From assembly GCA_049512075.1 (NCBI GenBank), contig JBEKXL010000003.1:143688-207687 (forward strand): a stretch of 64,000 bases of DNA. The letters are read 5' to 3'. The stretch comes from Candidatus Bathyarchaeia archaeon. GTDB lineage: Archaea; Thermoproteota; Bathyarchaeia; Bathyarchaeales; Bathycorpusculaceae. Positions 29,309 to 37,658 of this stretch are shown here, piece after piece. The notes beneath the pieces are model-generated. The model saw only the letters and a list, made by a program, of their open reading frames with translations. It was not told the DNA's origin and made no database searches. Made by a program: the position numbers and the translations under genes. Position 1 is the first letter of the stretch. Each line of letters starts with the position of its first letter.

Positions 29309-31006
29309 ATGCCGACAATAGACATAGACTATGCCGAGTTCGAAAGACTGCTTGGAATGGAACTGCACAAAGACTTGGACAAGATCAACGATATACTGGC
29401 TTTTGTGAAGGGAGAAGCGAAGCTGTTCGACGAGAAAGAAGGCACTATGAGCGTTGAAATAAAGGATACAAATCGGCCGGACATCTGGAACATTGAGGGC
29501 TTGGTCAGAGCTTTACGAGGGTTTCTGGGAATTGAAGAAGGCTTGAAGGGGTATGCGGTTGGCAAACAGTCAGCCGAGGTTCACGTTGATCAAAGACTAG
29601 AAAACATACGTCCTTACATCGGCTGCTCCATAGTCAAGAATCTAAGGCTGACGGACAGCGTAATTCGCGGCTTCATGCACATGCAGGACAAGCTCGATCA
29701 GACATACGGAAGAAATAGACGGCGAGCATCAATTGGGCTTTACAACCTAGACTTGATTAAACTACCATTGCAGTACACGGTCGCAAAGCCAAATGAAGTC
29801 AGCTTCGTGCCACTGGGCTTCACGGAAAAGATGAGCCTAAAAGAGATACTGGCATATCATCCAAAAGGTCTCGAGTACGGCCACATCGTACGCAAACACG
29901 AGGTCTACCCCATCCTTCTAGATGCAGAGAATAAGCCGCTCTCTTTTCCGCCCGTAATCAACTCGAACGATCTTGGAAGAGTCACAGAAGACACGAGGAA
30001 CATTCTTGTCGAGGTTACTGGAACAATGGACGAAGCCGTACTCAACACTCTAAAAATCGTCACTCTGTCCTTAATCGACCGTGGGGGTGAAGCCTACGCG
30101 GCCAAAATCCACTATCCACACAGGCGCTTGGATATCATGACACCTAGTTTCGACATTGGCCAAATGGACTTGAACGTTGAGTATACTAACAGGGTCTTGG
30201 GTTTGCAGCTGAAGGCCAAGCAGATTGCGCAAATGCTTCGCAAGGCAGGTCATGGCACTGAAGAAATTGAGAGGAATCGAGTGCATGTGCAGATTCCATG
30301 CTACAGAATCGACGTGATGCACTCCATAGACCTCGTCGAAGACGTTGCAATAGCCTACGATTACAACAACATCAAGCCGTTATGGCGCGAAATGCCCACA
30401 ACCGGCAGGGTGAGACCTGAACAGGGCATGATTGATGTTGCGAGAGAGCTGATGATTGGACTGGGATTTCAAGAAGTCCTCACATACACGCTCACAAACC
30501 CTGAGAACCTGTTCAAAAAAATGAACCGCAAGAAAGAGAGAATAGTTGAAATCTCCAACCCTAAAGTCATAACATTAACATGCCTGAGAAACTGGTTGTT
30601 ACCGAGCCTCATCGAATTTGTGAGCAACAACCTGCACGTTGAATGCCCGCAAAAACTCTTCGAGCTCGGCAAAGTCACCCTCCTGGATGAGAAGAAAGAA
30701 ACGAGAACGAGGGACGAAGACAGACTTGCCGCAATCATTTACGACGCAAACGCCAGCTTCACGGAAGCCAAGTCAACCCTGGAAGCTTTCATGGCGAACT
30801 TGGGGCTGGAATGGCAAATAAGAGAAACGGAACATCCAAGCTTCATAAACGGCAGAGCATGCAAGACAATCGTCAAAGGAGCAGAAGTTGGAATCCTGGG
30901 CGAAATTAACCCGAAAGTCCTAGAAACATGGAAACTGGAAAACCCCACGGCAGCTTTCGAGCTAGACATTGAGAAGATAATCAAGATCAAACAAAAAGAA
31001 CAGTAA
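29309..31006 (+). CDS. pheT: Phenylalanyl-tRNA synthetase beta subunit
   Basis: MPTI, NRPD, GRNRRRASIG, SFPPVINS, DLVEDVAIAY. Confidence 0.97.
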   Translation: MPTIDIDYAEFERLLGMELHKDLDKINDILAFVKGEAKLFDEKEGTMSVEIKDTNRPDIWNIEGLVRALRGFLGIEEGLKGYAVGKQSAEVHVDQRLENIRPYIGCSIVKNLRLTDSVIRGFMHMQDKLDQTYGRNRRRASIGLYNLDLIKLPLQYTVAKPNEVSFVPLGFTEKMSLKEILAYHPKGLEYGHIVRKHEVYPILLDAENKPLSFPPVINSNDLGRVTEDTRNILVEVTGTMDEAVLNTLKIVTLSLIDRGGEAYAAKIHYPHRRLDIMTPSFDIGQMDLNVEYTNRVLGLQLKAKQIAQMLRKAGHGTEEIERNRVHVQIPCYRIDVMHSIDLVEDVAIAYDYNNIKPLWREMPTTGRVRPEQGMIDVARELMIGLGFQEVLTYTLTNPENLFKKMNRKKERIVEISNPKVITLTCLRNWLLPSLIEFVSNNLHVECPQKLFELGKVTLLDEKKETRTRDEDRLAAIIYDANASFTEAKSTLEAFMANLGLEWQIRETEHPSFINGRACKTIVKGAEVGILGEINPKVLETWKLENPTAAFELDIEKIIKIKQKEQ

Positions 31007-31063
31007 GGTTGCCCTAGCCAAGCTCATTTCTTCCCAATTTATAATAATACGGTTTTAACATGT

Positions 31064-31651
31064 TCAGAGTTCGTGCCTCATGACAGGTCGAGTCTCTGAG
31101 CGGCGAATGACCTCCAAGAACCCAGCCTTACGAAATGCCGAAGCGAGACCAGTATAGACGAATGGATCAGGAGGTCTCCAATCTTTCTTAGGTTCAACCG
31201 GGTATCCTTCAACAATCTTGCCCTCTTGCCCTCTCACGTAGTCCACAGCCGCACCCAAGAGTCTCACACTCACTCCCTTGCCTCTGAATGCCTTGGCAAC
31301 AAAGAAGCACACAACTGACCACACAGGCTTATCATCAACCCGACTCAATATTCTCGATCGCTCCAGCCTTGGAAAAGCCTCTCGCGGTGCAACTGAACAC
31401 CACCCAATCGGCCGGCCTTCTGAGTACGCGAGAATCCCAGGAACCTTGCCGGAATCCACTAGGCCTTTCAAAGCCTTCCTGTTCATTTCACCTCGCTGCC
31501 GCACAAAATCTGAGCGGGCTAACCTCCAGGACATGCACCAACAACCTCCGCATGCGCCACGCTGACCGAACAACTTCTCAACATCAGCCCACTTCTCACG
31601 CGTCAACGGATGAAACTCTAGAACCGAAACATCCCTTTCCTTATTGGGCAC
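31064..31651 (-). CDS. GNAT family acetyltransferase
   Basis: CGGCWC, GWCSVAPR, FRGKGVS, VEGYP. Confidence 0.88.
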   Translation of the reverse strand: MPNKERDVSVLEFHPLTREKWADVEKLFGQRGACGGCWCMSWRLARSDFVRQRGEMNRKALKGLVDSGKVPGILAYSEGRPIGWCSVAPREAFPRLERSRILSRVDDKPVWSVVCFFVAKAFRGKGVSVRLLGAAVDYVRGQEGKIVEGYPVEPKKDWRPPDPFVYTGLASAFRKAGFLEVIRRSETRPVMRHEL

Positions 31652-31728
31652 TCAGATCCCCAATTGTCTCGTTAGATGCGTAGGCATATGAGATCATTGA
31701 AACGCACGTTCATTTATGATTTTTGCAA

Positions 31729-32040
31729 GGACCCTTGACTTAACCTGCTTGGACAAGTGGAGTGGGAGACAGTAACCCTTAACTTTTCAGCCGCTCCTTT
31801 CTTTTCTGGCGATGACAGGAAATTGAGCCCTTCATAATCCCGCCGGCAAATCCACGCAGACGGACTCAACGGAAGAGGGCAAGCTTCACGCTTGCCGGTT
31901 CTTGTGATGGCGAGTTTACCCAAGCATGGGACACGGCGGGCGCGGGCCTAAAACCCTACGACGGAGAGAGCTTAACCTAGAGGGGCGCACCGCCCTACAG
32001 TGAAGTTAAGTGTTAGGTTACGTAGGAAACAAGAGGGCCC
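31729..32040 (-). ncRNA. Putative ~310-nt structured non-coding RNA of unknown family
   Basis: Paired termini GGGCCC..TTG / CAAGGGTCC and nested helices; G-U pairs work only on the minus strand; no SRP helix 8 or RNase P CR motifs. Confidence 0.6.
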
Positions 32041-32108
32041 GCGAAAACAACTCTTAAGTTCGTCATGTGCATACAGATAGGTAAAACCTGAAGCAGGCAG
32101 AGCAGAAT

Positions 32109-33197
32109 TTGGACTTAGAAACAAAAATCGAGCTTGTGTGCAGACCGCCGACGGAAGAAGTCATAACCCCGGAAGACTTGCGGAAGCTTCTGGAGACTGA
32201 GCAGCATCCCATAGCCTACAACGGCTGGGAACCATCCGGTCTAGTTCACCTTGGAACCGGGCTGGTTTGCGCGTACAAGATGAAGGACTTCATAGAAGCT
32301 GGAATACACTACAAGGCTTATCTTTCCACGTGGCACGCTTGGCTAAACAACAAGATGGGCGGCGACATGAAACTCATAAGAAAAGCCGCAGACCTCTTCA
32401 AACACTCATGGATAGCCCTGGGCGTTCCAGAAGACAAGATCGAATTCATCTACTCAGACGAACTCTACGACGACCTGAAATACTGGGAAAAAACGGTCAT
32501 GGTGGCAAAAAACCTCTCAATAGCCAGAGTAACCCGCACACTTGAGGTCGCGGGAAGACAAGAATCTGAAGCCAAGCACGTTTCAGACTACCTGTACACG
32601 CCCATGCAGGTAGCCGACATATTCCACATGGAAGTAAAAATCTGCCAACTCGGCATAGACCAACGCAAAGCCAACGTCGTAGCCCGAGAACTGGGCGAAA
32701 AGCTCGGATGCTGGAAACCCGTGTGCGTCCACCACAGCTACCTACAAGGCCTCGCGAAACCGCCCATCTGGCCTATTCCAAAAGAGAAAGAAAGAGAAAT
32801 ACTCTCATCAATAAAAATGTCAAAAAGCAAGCCCGAAACCTGCATATTCATCTACGACCCGCCTGAAGAAATCAAACAGAAAATCTCACAAGCCTTCTGC
32901 CCCGAAAAAACCGTGGAGTACAACCCAATCCTGGAAATATGCAAATTCATAATCTTCAGAGAAAACAAAACCTTCACCATACAGAGACCGCCCAAATTCG
33001 GCGGGTCAATCACCTTCAACAACCTCAAAGGACTCCAGAAAACCTACGCAGACGGAAAACTGCACCCGCAGGATCTTAAGAACGCTGTGGCAGAAGAACT
33101 CGCAAGAATCCTTGAACCCGTCAGAAGATACTTCGAAGACAACAAAGAAGCAAGAGAATGCCTCAACGCGGTAAAAAACGCCAAAGTAACAAGGTAA
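32109..33197 (+). CDS. tyrS: Tyrosyl-tRNA synthetase (archaeal type)
   Basis: YNGWEPSGLVHLG, YTPMQVADI, GIDQRK, KMSKS, LHPQDLK. Confidence 0.95.
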   Translation: MDLETKIELVCRPPTEEVITPEDLRKLLETEQHPIAYNGWEPSGLVHLGTGLVCAYKMKDFIEAGIHYKAYLSTWHAWLNNKMGGDMKLIRKAADLFKHSWIALGVPEDKIEFIYSDELYDDLKYWEKTVMVAKNLSIARVTRTLEVAGRQESEAKHVSDYLYTPMQVADIFHMEVKICQLGIDQRKANVVARELGEKLGCWKPVCVHHSYLQGLAKPPIWPIPKEKEREILSSIKMSKSKPETCIFIYDPPEEIKQKISQAFCPEKTVEYNPILEICKFIIFRENKTFTIQRPPKFGGSITFNNLKGLQKTYADGKLHPQDLKNAVAEELARILEPVRRYFEDNKEARECLNAVKNAKVTR

Positions 33198-33202
33198 AAA
33201 CC

Positions 33203-33616
33203 TTGTCAGCACATCTCAGGGAAAGACAAGAAAAAATCCAGCAAACACTAGAATGCCTAGCAGAAGAATCAGCCAGAGGAACACCGATAATCGTTGAAGG
33301 CAAAAAAGACTTGGAAACCCTGAGAACTCTGGGCGTGCAGGGGCAGATAGTGACCGCAAAAACCGGCGGAAAATCCCGTTTAGACCTCATCTCAGAAATA
33401 GAGAAAATCGGCAACCGAGAAGTCATTCTGCTCTTGGATTTTGACAGACGAGGAAAAGAATGGACAGCAATCTTGAGACAGAACCTGGAAAAAGCAAGGA
33501 TAAAAGCCAACGTTACATTCCGGAAAGAACTCCTGAGGTTCGCGGGCAAGGAACTCAAGGACATCGAAGGCTTGGCAGCCTACTTGCAAACGTTGAGCAA
33601 AAAACTCGGCGCATGA
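33203..33616 (+). CDS. Stand-alone TOPRIM domain protein (RNase M5-like)
   Basis: IIVEGKKD and LLLDFDRRG. Confidence 0.85.
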   Translation: MSAHLRERQEKIQQTLECLAEESARGTPIIVEGKKDLETLRTLGVQGQIVTAKTGGKSRLDLISEIEKIGNREVILLLDFDRRGKEWTAILRQNLEKARIKANVTFRKELLRFAGKELKDIEGLAAYLQTLSKKLGA

Positions 33617-33815
33617 ACCCGGACTTGTTTCCAGCCCGTCCACAACGCATCCATCACCCTTACTTCTGAGCACGGTACGCACTCAAGGCTTCGCCGCAGA
33701 AACACTCAGTCGTCAAATGAAGCTTTGACAAAACCTAGAGAAAAATAAGAAAACCTTAAAGAGGATGATCAATAATTCATAAATGTAATATATAGTAGAT
33801 ATTAAGATACAATCT

Positions 33816-33847
33816 CGTGACTCGAGAACGACAATCCCCGAGTCACG
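33816..33847 (+). promoter_or_regulatory. Hairpin in the dnaG leader
   Basis: CGTGACTCG (33816-24) / CGAGTCACG (33839-47) between a TATA-like TATATA and the GGAGGTG SD. Confidence 0.55.
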
Positions 33848-33891
33848 CGATTAACGCTAACCCTTAACCCATCACTCGGAGGTGCACTAAC

Positions 33892-35052
33892 ACGGGTTCA
33901 TCCCAAACATTTACCATAAAGTATGTCATACACGCGAAATTCGAAATAGAAGGAGTAGTTGAAAAACCGGACGTGATAGGAGCAGTTTTCGGGCAGACAG
34001 AAGGCCTTTTCGGACCCGAGCTTGACCTGCGGGAACTGCAAAAATCCGGCAGAATTGGAAGAATAGAAATCGAGTTACACTCAAAAAACGACAAGACCAC
34101 AGGCACGATAACGATTCCAACAAGCTTGGATCGGGTTTCCACAGCATTGATTGCTGCGAGCATAGAAAGCATAAACAGGGTAGGCCCATGCGCTTCAAAG
34201 GTGACTCTTGAAAAGGTCGAAGACGTCAGAGAAGCCCGAAGAAAGATAATCATTGACAGAGCCAAAGACATCCTTCACAAATGGACAATCGAATTAATGC
34301 CTTCAGTGGACGAAGTGTTCAAAGAAGTTTCCGAAACACTCAAAATAGGAAAAGTTGGAAAATACGGCTCAGAAGAACTACCCGCGGGACCTGAACTTGA
34401 AACCGCAAAAGAAATAATCCTCGTTGAAGGAAGAGCAGACATCATAAACCTCATGCGTTGCGGCCTGATGAACACCGTGGCTCTGGAAGGCGCAAAGGTT
34501 CCAGAAGCGATAAAAACGCTCTGCAAGGAAAAGGAAGCAACGGCCCTCCTTGACGGAGACAGAGGCGGAGACCTAATCTTCAAAGAACTCTTACAGGTGA
34601 CCGACGTAAAGTACATCGCCAGAGCACCGAGAGGAAAAGAAGTCGAGGAACTGAACTGCAAGGAAATATTCGAAGCTCTCGACGCCAAAATTGCTATTCA
34701 AGATGCAACGAAGCCGGAAGCGCCCAAGCCGGTGAAACGGGAAAAGCTGAAAGTAGAAGTTCCAAAGGAAATCGTTGAAACAATAAAATTATTGGAAGGA
34801 ACTTTGGAAGCCGTGCTATTGAACGAAAAATCAGAACAGATGGAACGGCTGCCGGTCAGCCAGCTTGCCGAAAAGCTCCAACATGCCGAAGGCGTGGACA
34901 CAATAGTCTTCGACGGCATAATAACACAGCGAATCGTCGATGTGGCAAGCGAGAAAAACATAAAAAGAATCATAGCTTCACGAGTGTCAGACGCCGTTAA
35001 ACCTTCATTAACCGTGCAGCTCATAACTTTTGGAGAGGTCGCCGAGGGCTAA
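33892..35052 (+). CDS. dnaG: Archaeal DnaG (exosome-associated primase-like), probable ACG start
   Basis: KYVIHAKFEIEGVVEKPDVIGAVFGQTEGL, VEGRAD, DGDRGG, VFDGIITQR; conserved N-terminus lies upstream of the first canonical start (33973). Confidence 0.93.
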   Translation, partial: TGSSQTFTIKYVIHAKFEIEGVVEKPDVIGAVFGQTEGLFGPELDLRELQKSGRIGRIEIELHSKNDKTTGTITIPTSLDRVSTALIAASIESINRVGPCASKVTLEKVEDVREARRKIIIDRAKDILHKWTIELMPSVDEVFKEVSETLKIGKVGKYGSEELPAGPELETAKEIILVEGRADIINLMRCGLMNTVALEGAKVPEAIKTLCKEKEATALLDGDRGGDLIFKELLQVTDVKYIARAPRGKEVEELNCKEIFEALDAKIAIQDATKPEAPKPVKREKLKVEVPKEIVETIKLLEGTLEAVLLNEKSEQMERLPVSQLAEKLQHAEGVDTIVFDGIITQRIVDVASEKNIKRIIASRVSDAVKPSLTVQLITFGEVAEG

Positions 35053-37433
35053 CCGCCAAAGAAGTCCGTGAGCTTCCTAGTTTCTTTTCCACCAGTCTTG
35101 GACTTCAAAAGTTGCTCTTCAGTCACTCCGAAGCTCTCAAGAATTCTCGCCGCCGCAGGCACAACCTGCTTGGACACGTAGTACTCCATGTCAACATCAT
35201 CGTAAGAAGCAAGGGTGTAAGGCTTAACCCTCTCGTACAGACGGCCCTTGCCACCGACCACCACGTAGCCTATTTTATCCCCCACCGCTAGTTCCCAGCC
35301 CTTCGCCCTGAGCATCTTTGCAGCTTCAACATGAGAAGCCCTAACCTCGTACTCCTCGGCAGGCTTGCTCAAAGTTTTCCAGATGACAAGATCACGGTAG
35401 GGGACACGCTTCTGCTGAAGCTCATAGATGAACTGCTGCACAAAATCCACAGCCTTCCTGGGCGATTGCTCCTTCAAAATGATTTCCAACACTTTCTCCT
35501 GCACCTTTTTGGCTACGGTCGCCCAGTCTCCCCGCACAACCTCCATGCCCACAATGTCAAGGCGCCCGTCAGGCAGAAGCCCGGCATAGCGTTTCTTGGC
35601 TTCCGTGAAGAATATTCTCACGTAGACCTTGTCCGGCTTTATCTCCAGCCCCAACTTTTTCCCAACGTCCTTTGTAAGTTTTTCAATTCGGTCAGGCTGG
35701 TTCTCGATGAATATGCTGTCCGTGTCGCCGTAGACTACTTTCAACCCGTCCTTCTCAGCCATTTGAATCGCTGTGAGTATTGTGTGTCTCCCCCAGGCAG
35801 CCGCTGCCTCAGCCACGGGCTTCATGTACCACCTCGCACCCGTCCACCCGGCATAACCATAAGAAGCGTTGGTAATCACCTTCACGGCCTTCTGCCGCGC
35901 GTCCAAGACACGGTACTCAACGCTCTTCGGCTGAAGCTCCTTCATTTTCAGACGAATTTCATCTCGGACGCGGATGAGATAGGAAAGGACCTCTTTGTAG
36001 AAGCCAGGAGGCTCTTTGCGAAACTTGTGATTGACTTCCGGGGTCACGTACACTCCGCCTGGCGGTTCCGTTTCTTTGGGTGATACGTAAGTGTCCGGAG
36101 AGAGGTTGTAAGTGATCATTATGTTCGGGTACATGGACTTGAAGTCTAAGACAGCGATGTTTTCGTGCAATCCTGGCTTAGGCTGGAGGACGAGACCGCC
36201 CGCGTACGGCCTGTAAGGCTGCTCGACTCTCCTGGGCACGAGTTCACCGAGCTTGTGAGTTCGCTTTATAAGAAACCATTCAACCCGGAAGCCTGCTGCT
36301 GCCGTCCCGACATGGTCTAGGGGCAGACACACAAGATTGGAGAGTTGCATGGCGAAATCCAAGATTGCCTCAGTTATTCCCATGATGCAGCAAGTGTTGT
36401 CCATGGAAAACTGTTTCAGGTTCCCACGCTTCGCTTGGGCGTCCCAGTAGTCTGCGAAGTCTATGTCCTCGACTACAGTGCGGTTTTCAATCTTCATGAC
36501 GCCAAGATAATCGGCCAGATTAGCCAGAGTCTTGACTTTGACTTCTGGAAATTCTCCTGCATAATCGGCCAGATCCAGGTTTATCCTACCGTTCAATGAC
36601 ACGTGACCGTAAACACTCGCGTGCGGTTCCGTTTTCGCTCGGTCTATGCGCAAATGCAAACCAAGCTTCTTGCACCTTGCCATGAGATACTGCCAGTCCT
36701 GTCCATTCACGCCGTAGCCTACGATAACGTCGGGATCGACGCTTTCCACGTAATTCATGAAGGCCTCCAAGACCGGCTTGTCGTTCCTGCTTTCGTCTGC
36801 CAAGAACTGCTTCTGCTCGTCACGATTCGAAGTGGTTGAAATCATGATGATGGGATTTCTGTCGGGTTTAGGAGAACCCTCCGGGCTGTAGCATATTGTT
36901 GAAAAGCCCAACACTCGCAACGACGGAGCCTCTACCTTCTCAACGGGCTTCGGGAACGATTTTGCCAAGTAGACCTTGTCTACTCGAACGCCCAGCTTGT
37001 TTGCTTCCTCAATTGCTTCTATTTCGTGCCATCCACACGGAACAACATCGTTGTCGATAAGATACCGCATAGCAACACGAATGTCATCTTCGAAACAATC
37101 TTTTACACCTTCGAACTCTCGAACCTGCTTTGCACACCTTGTCAGTCCCTCAGCGTTTTTGCAGTGAACCTTCACCGCCTTCACAGGCTTTCCAAAAAGC
37201 CTGCGCTCAACAATCTCAGGCTTCGCCGCCAAAACGCAAGGGCTCGTGGCAATTCCATCAACAACCTTCGCAGGATCCGCATCATCTGCAACCACTGCAT
37301 AAAAGTACGGGACAAAACGCCTGTCGACAATCAGCACCCTCTTGCCATCGTTGGTTATGCCCCAGAGCCAGATTTCCGAGTATTCATCTTTGACCTCGTA
37401 ATTGATGTCTAGGAGCCAAAAAGTGACCTTCAT
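35049..37433 (-). CDS. polB: Family B DNA polymerase (PolB3-like)
   Basis: DFKSMYPNI, KVITNASYGY, YGDTDS, KKRY; C-terminal PIP-like LTDFF. Confidence 0.96.
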   Translation of the reverse strand: MKVTFWLLDINYEVKDEYSEIWLWGITNDGKRVLIVDRRFVPYFYAVVADDADPAKVVDGIATSPCVLAAKPEIVERRLFGKPVKAVKVHCKNAEGLTRCAKQVREFEGVKDCFEDDIRVAMRYLIDNDVVPCGWHEIEAIEEANKLGVRVDKVYLAKSFPKPVEKVEAPSLRVLGFSTICYSPEGSPKPDRNPIIMISTTSNRDEQKQFLADESRNDKPVLEAFMNYVESVDPDVIVGYGVNGQDWQYLMARCKKLGLHLRIDRAKTEPHASVYGHVSLNGRINLDLADYAGEFPEVKVKTLANLADYLGVMKIENRTVVEDIDFADYWDAQAKRGNLKQFSMDNTCCIMGITEAILDFAMQLSNLVCLPLDHVGTAAAGFRVEWFLIKRTHKLGELVPRRVEQPYRPYAGGLVLQPKPGLHENIAVLDFKSMYPNIMITYNLSPDTYVSPKETEPPGGVYVTPEVNHKFRKEPPGFYKEVLSYLIRVRDEIRLKMKELQPKSVEYRVLDARQKAVKVITNASYGYAGWTGARWYMKPVAEAAAAWGRHTILTAIQMAEKDGLKVVYGDTDSIFIENQPDRIEKLTKDVGKKLGLEIKPDKVYVRIFFTEAKKRYAGLLPDGRLDIVGMEVVRGDWATVAKKVQEKVLEIILKEQSPRKAVDFVQQFIYELQQKRVPYRDLVIWKTLSKPAEEYEVRASHVEAAKMLRAKGWELAVGDKIGYVVVGGKGRLYERVKPYTLASYDDVDMEYYVSKQVVPAAARILESFGVTEEQLLKSKTGGKETRKLTDFFGG

Positions 37434-37658
37434 GACCAGCCCTTCATTTCAAATAATCAATACTGAGCGAACGCAGCTTTTAAAAGCTTCACGCAAGGCA
37501 AACTAGAAAAAACGTACTTAGCACATAGGGGTTAGCACGCTAATAGACAAAATGGGCCTCAGGAAATCATGAGCTACGTGCCCCAACACGAAGGCTCGAA
37601 ATTCAACATGAGCCATTAGCGTTTCTCAATCAACGTTTGCGCTTCTCGAGTTTCTTCA

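Noticed and set aside
32010-32022. UAACCUAAC in the putative ncRNA looks like a telomerase-type template for (TTAGG)n, and TAGGTT occurs at some junctions
   Set aside because: No reverse transcriptase in the window, the segment is predicted to be paired, and no tandem TTAGG arrays were seen
31729-32040. SRP RNA, T-box or tmRNA identity for the structured region
   Set aside because: No SRP helix 8 on either strand; the plus-strand AGGGGCGCACCGC lacks the T-box UGGN and wobble pairs favour the minus strand; no tRNA-like T arm or CCA end
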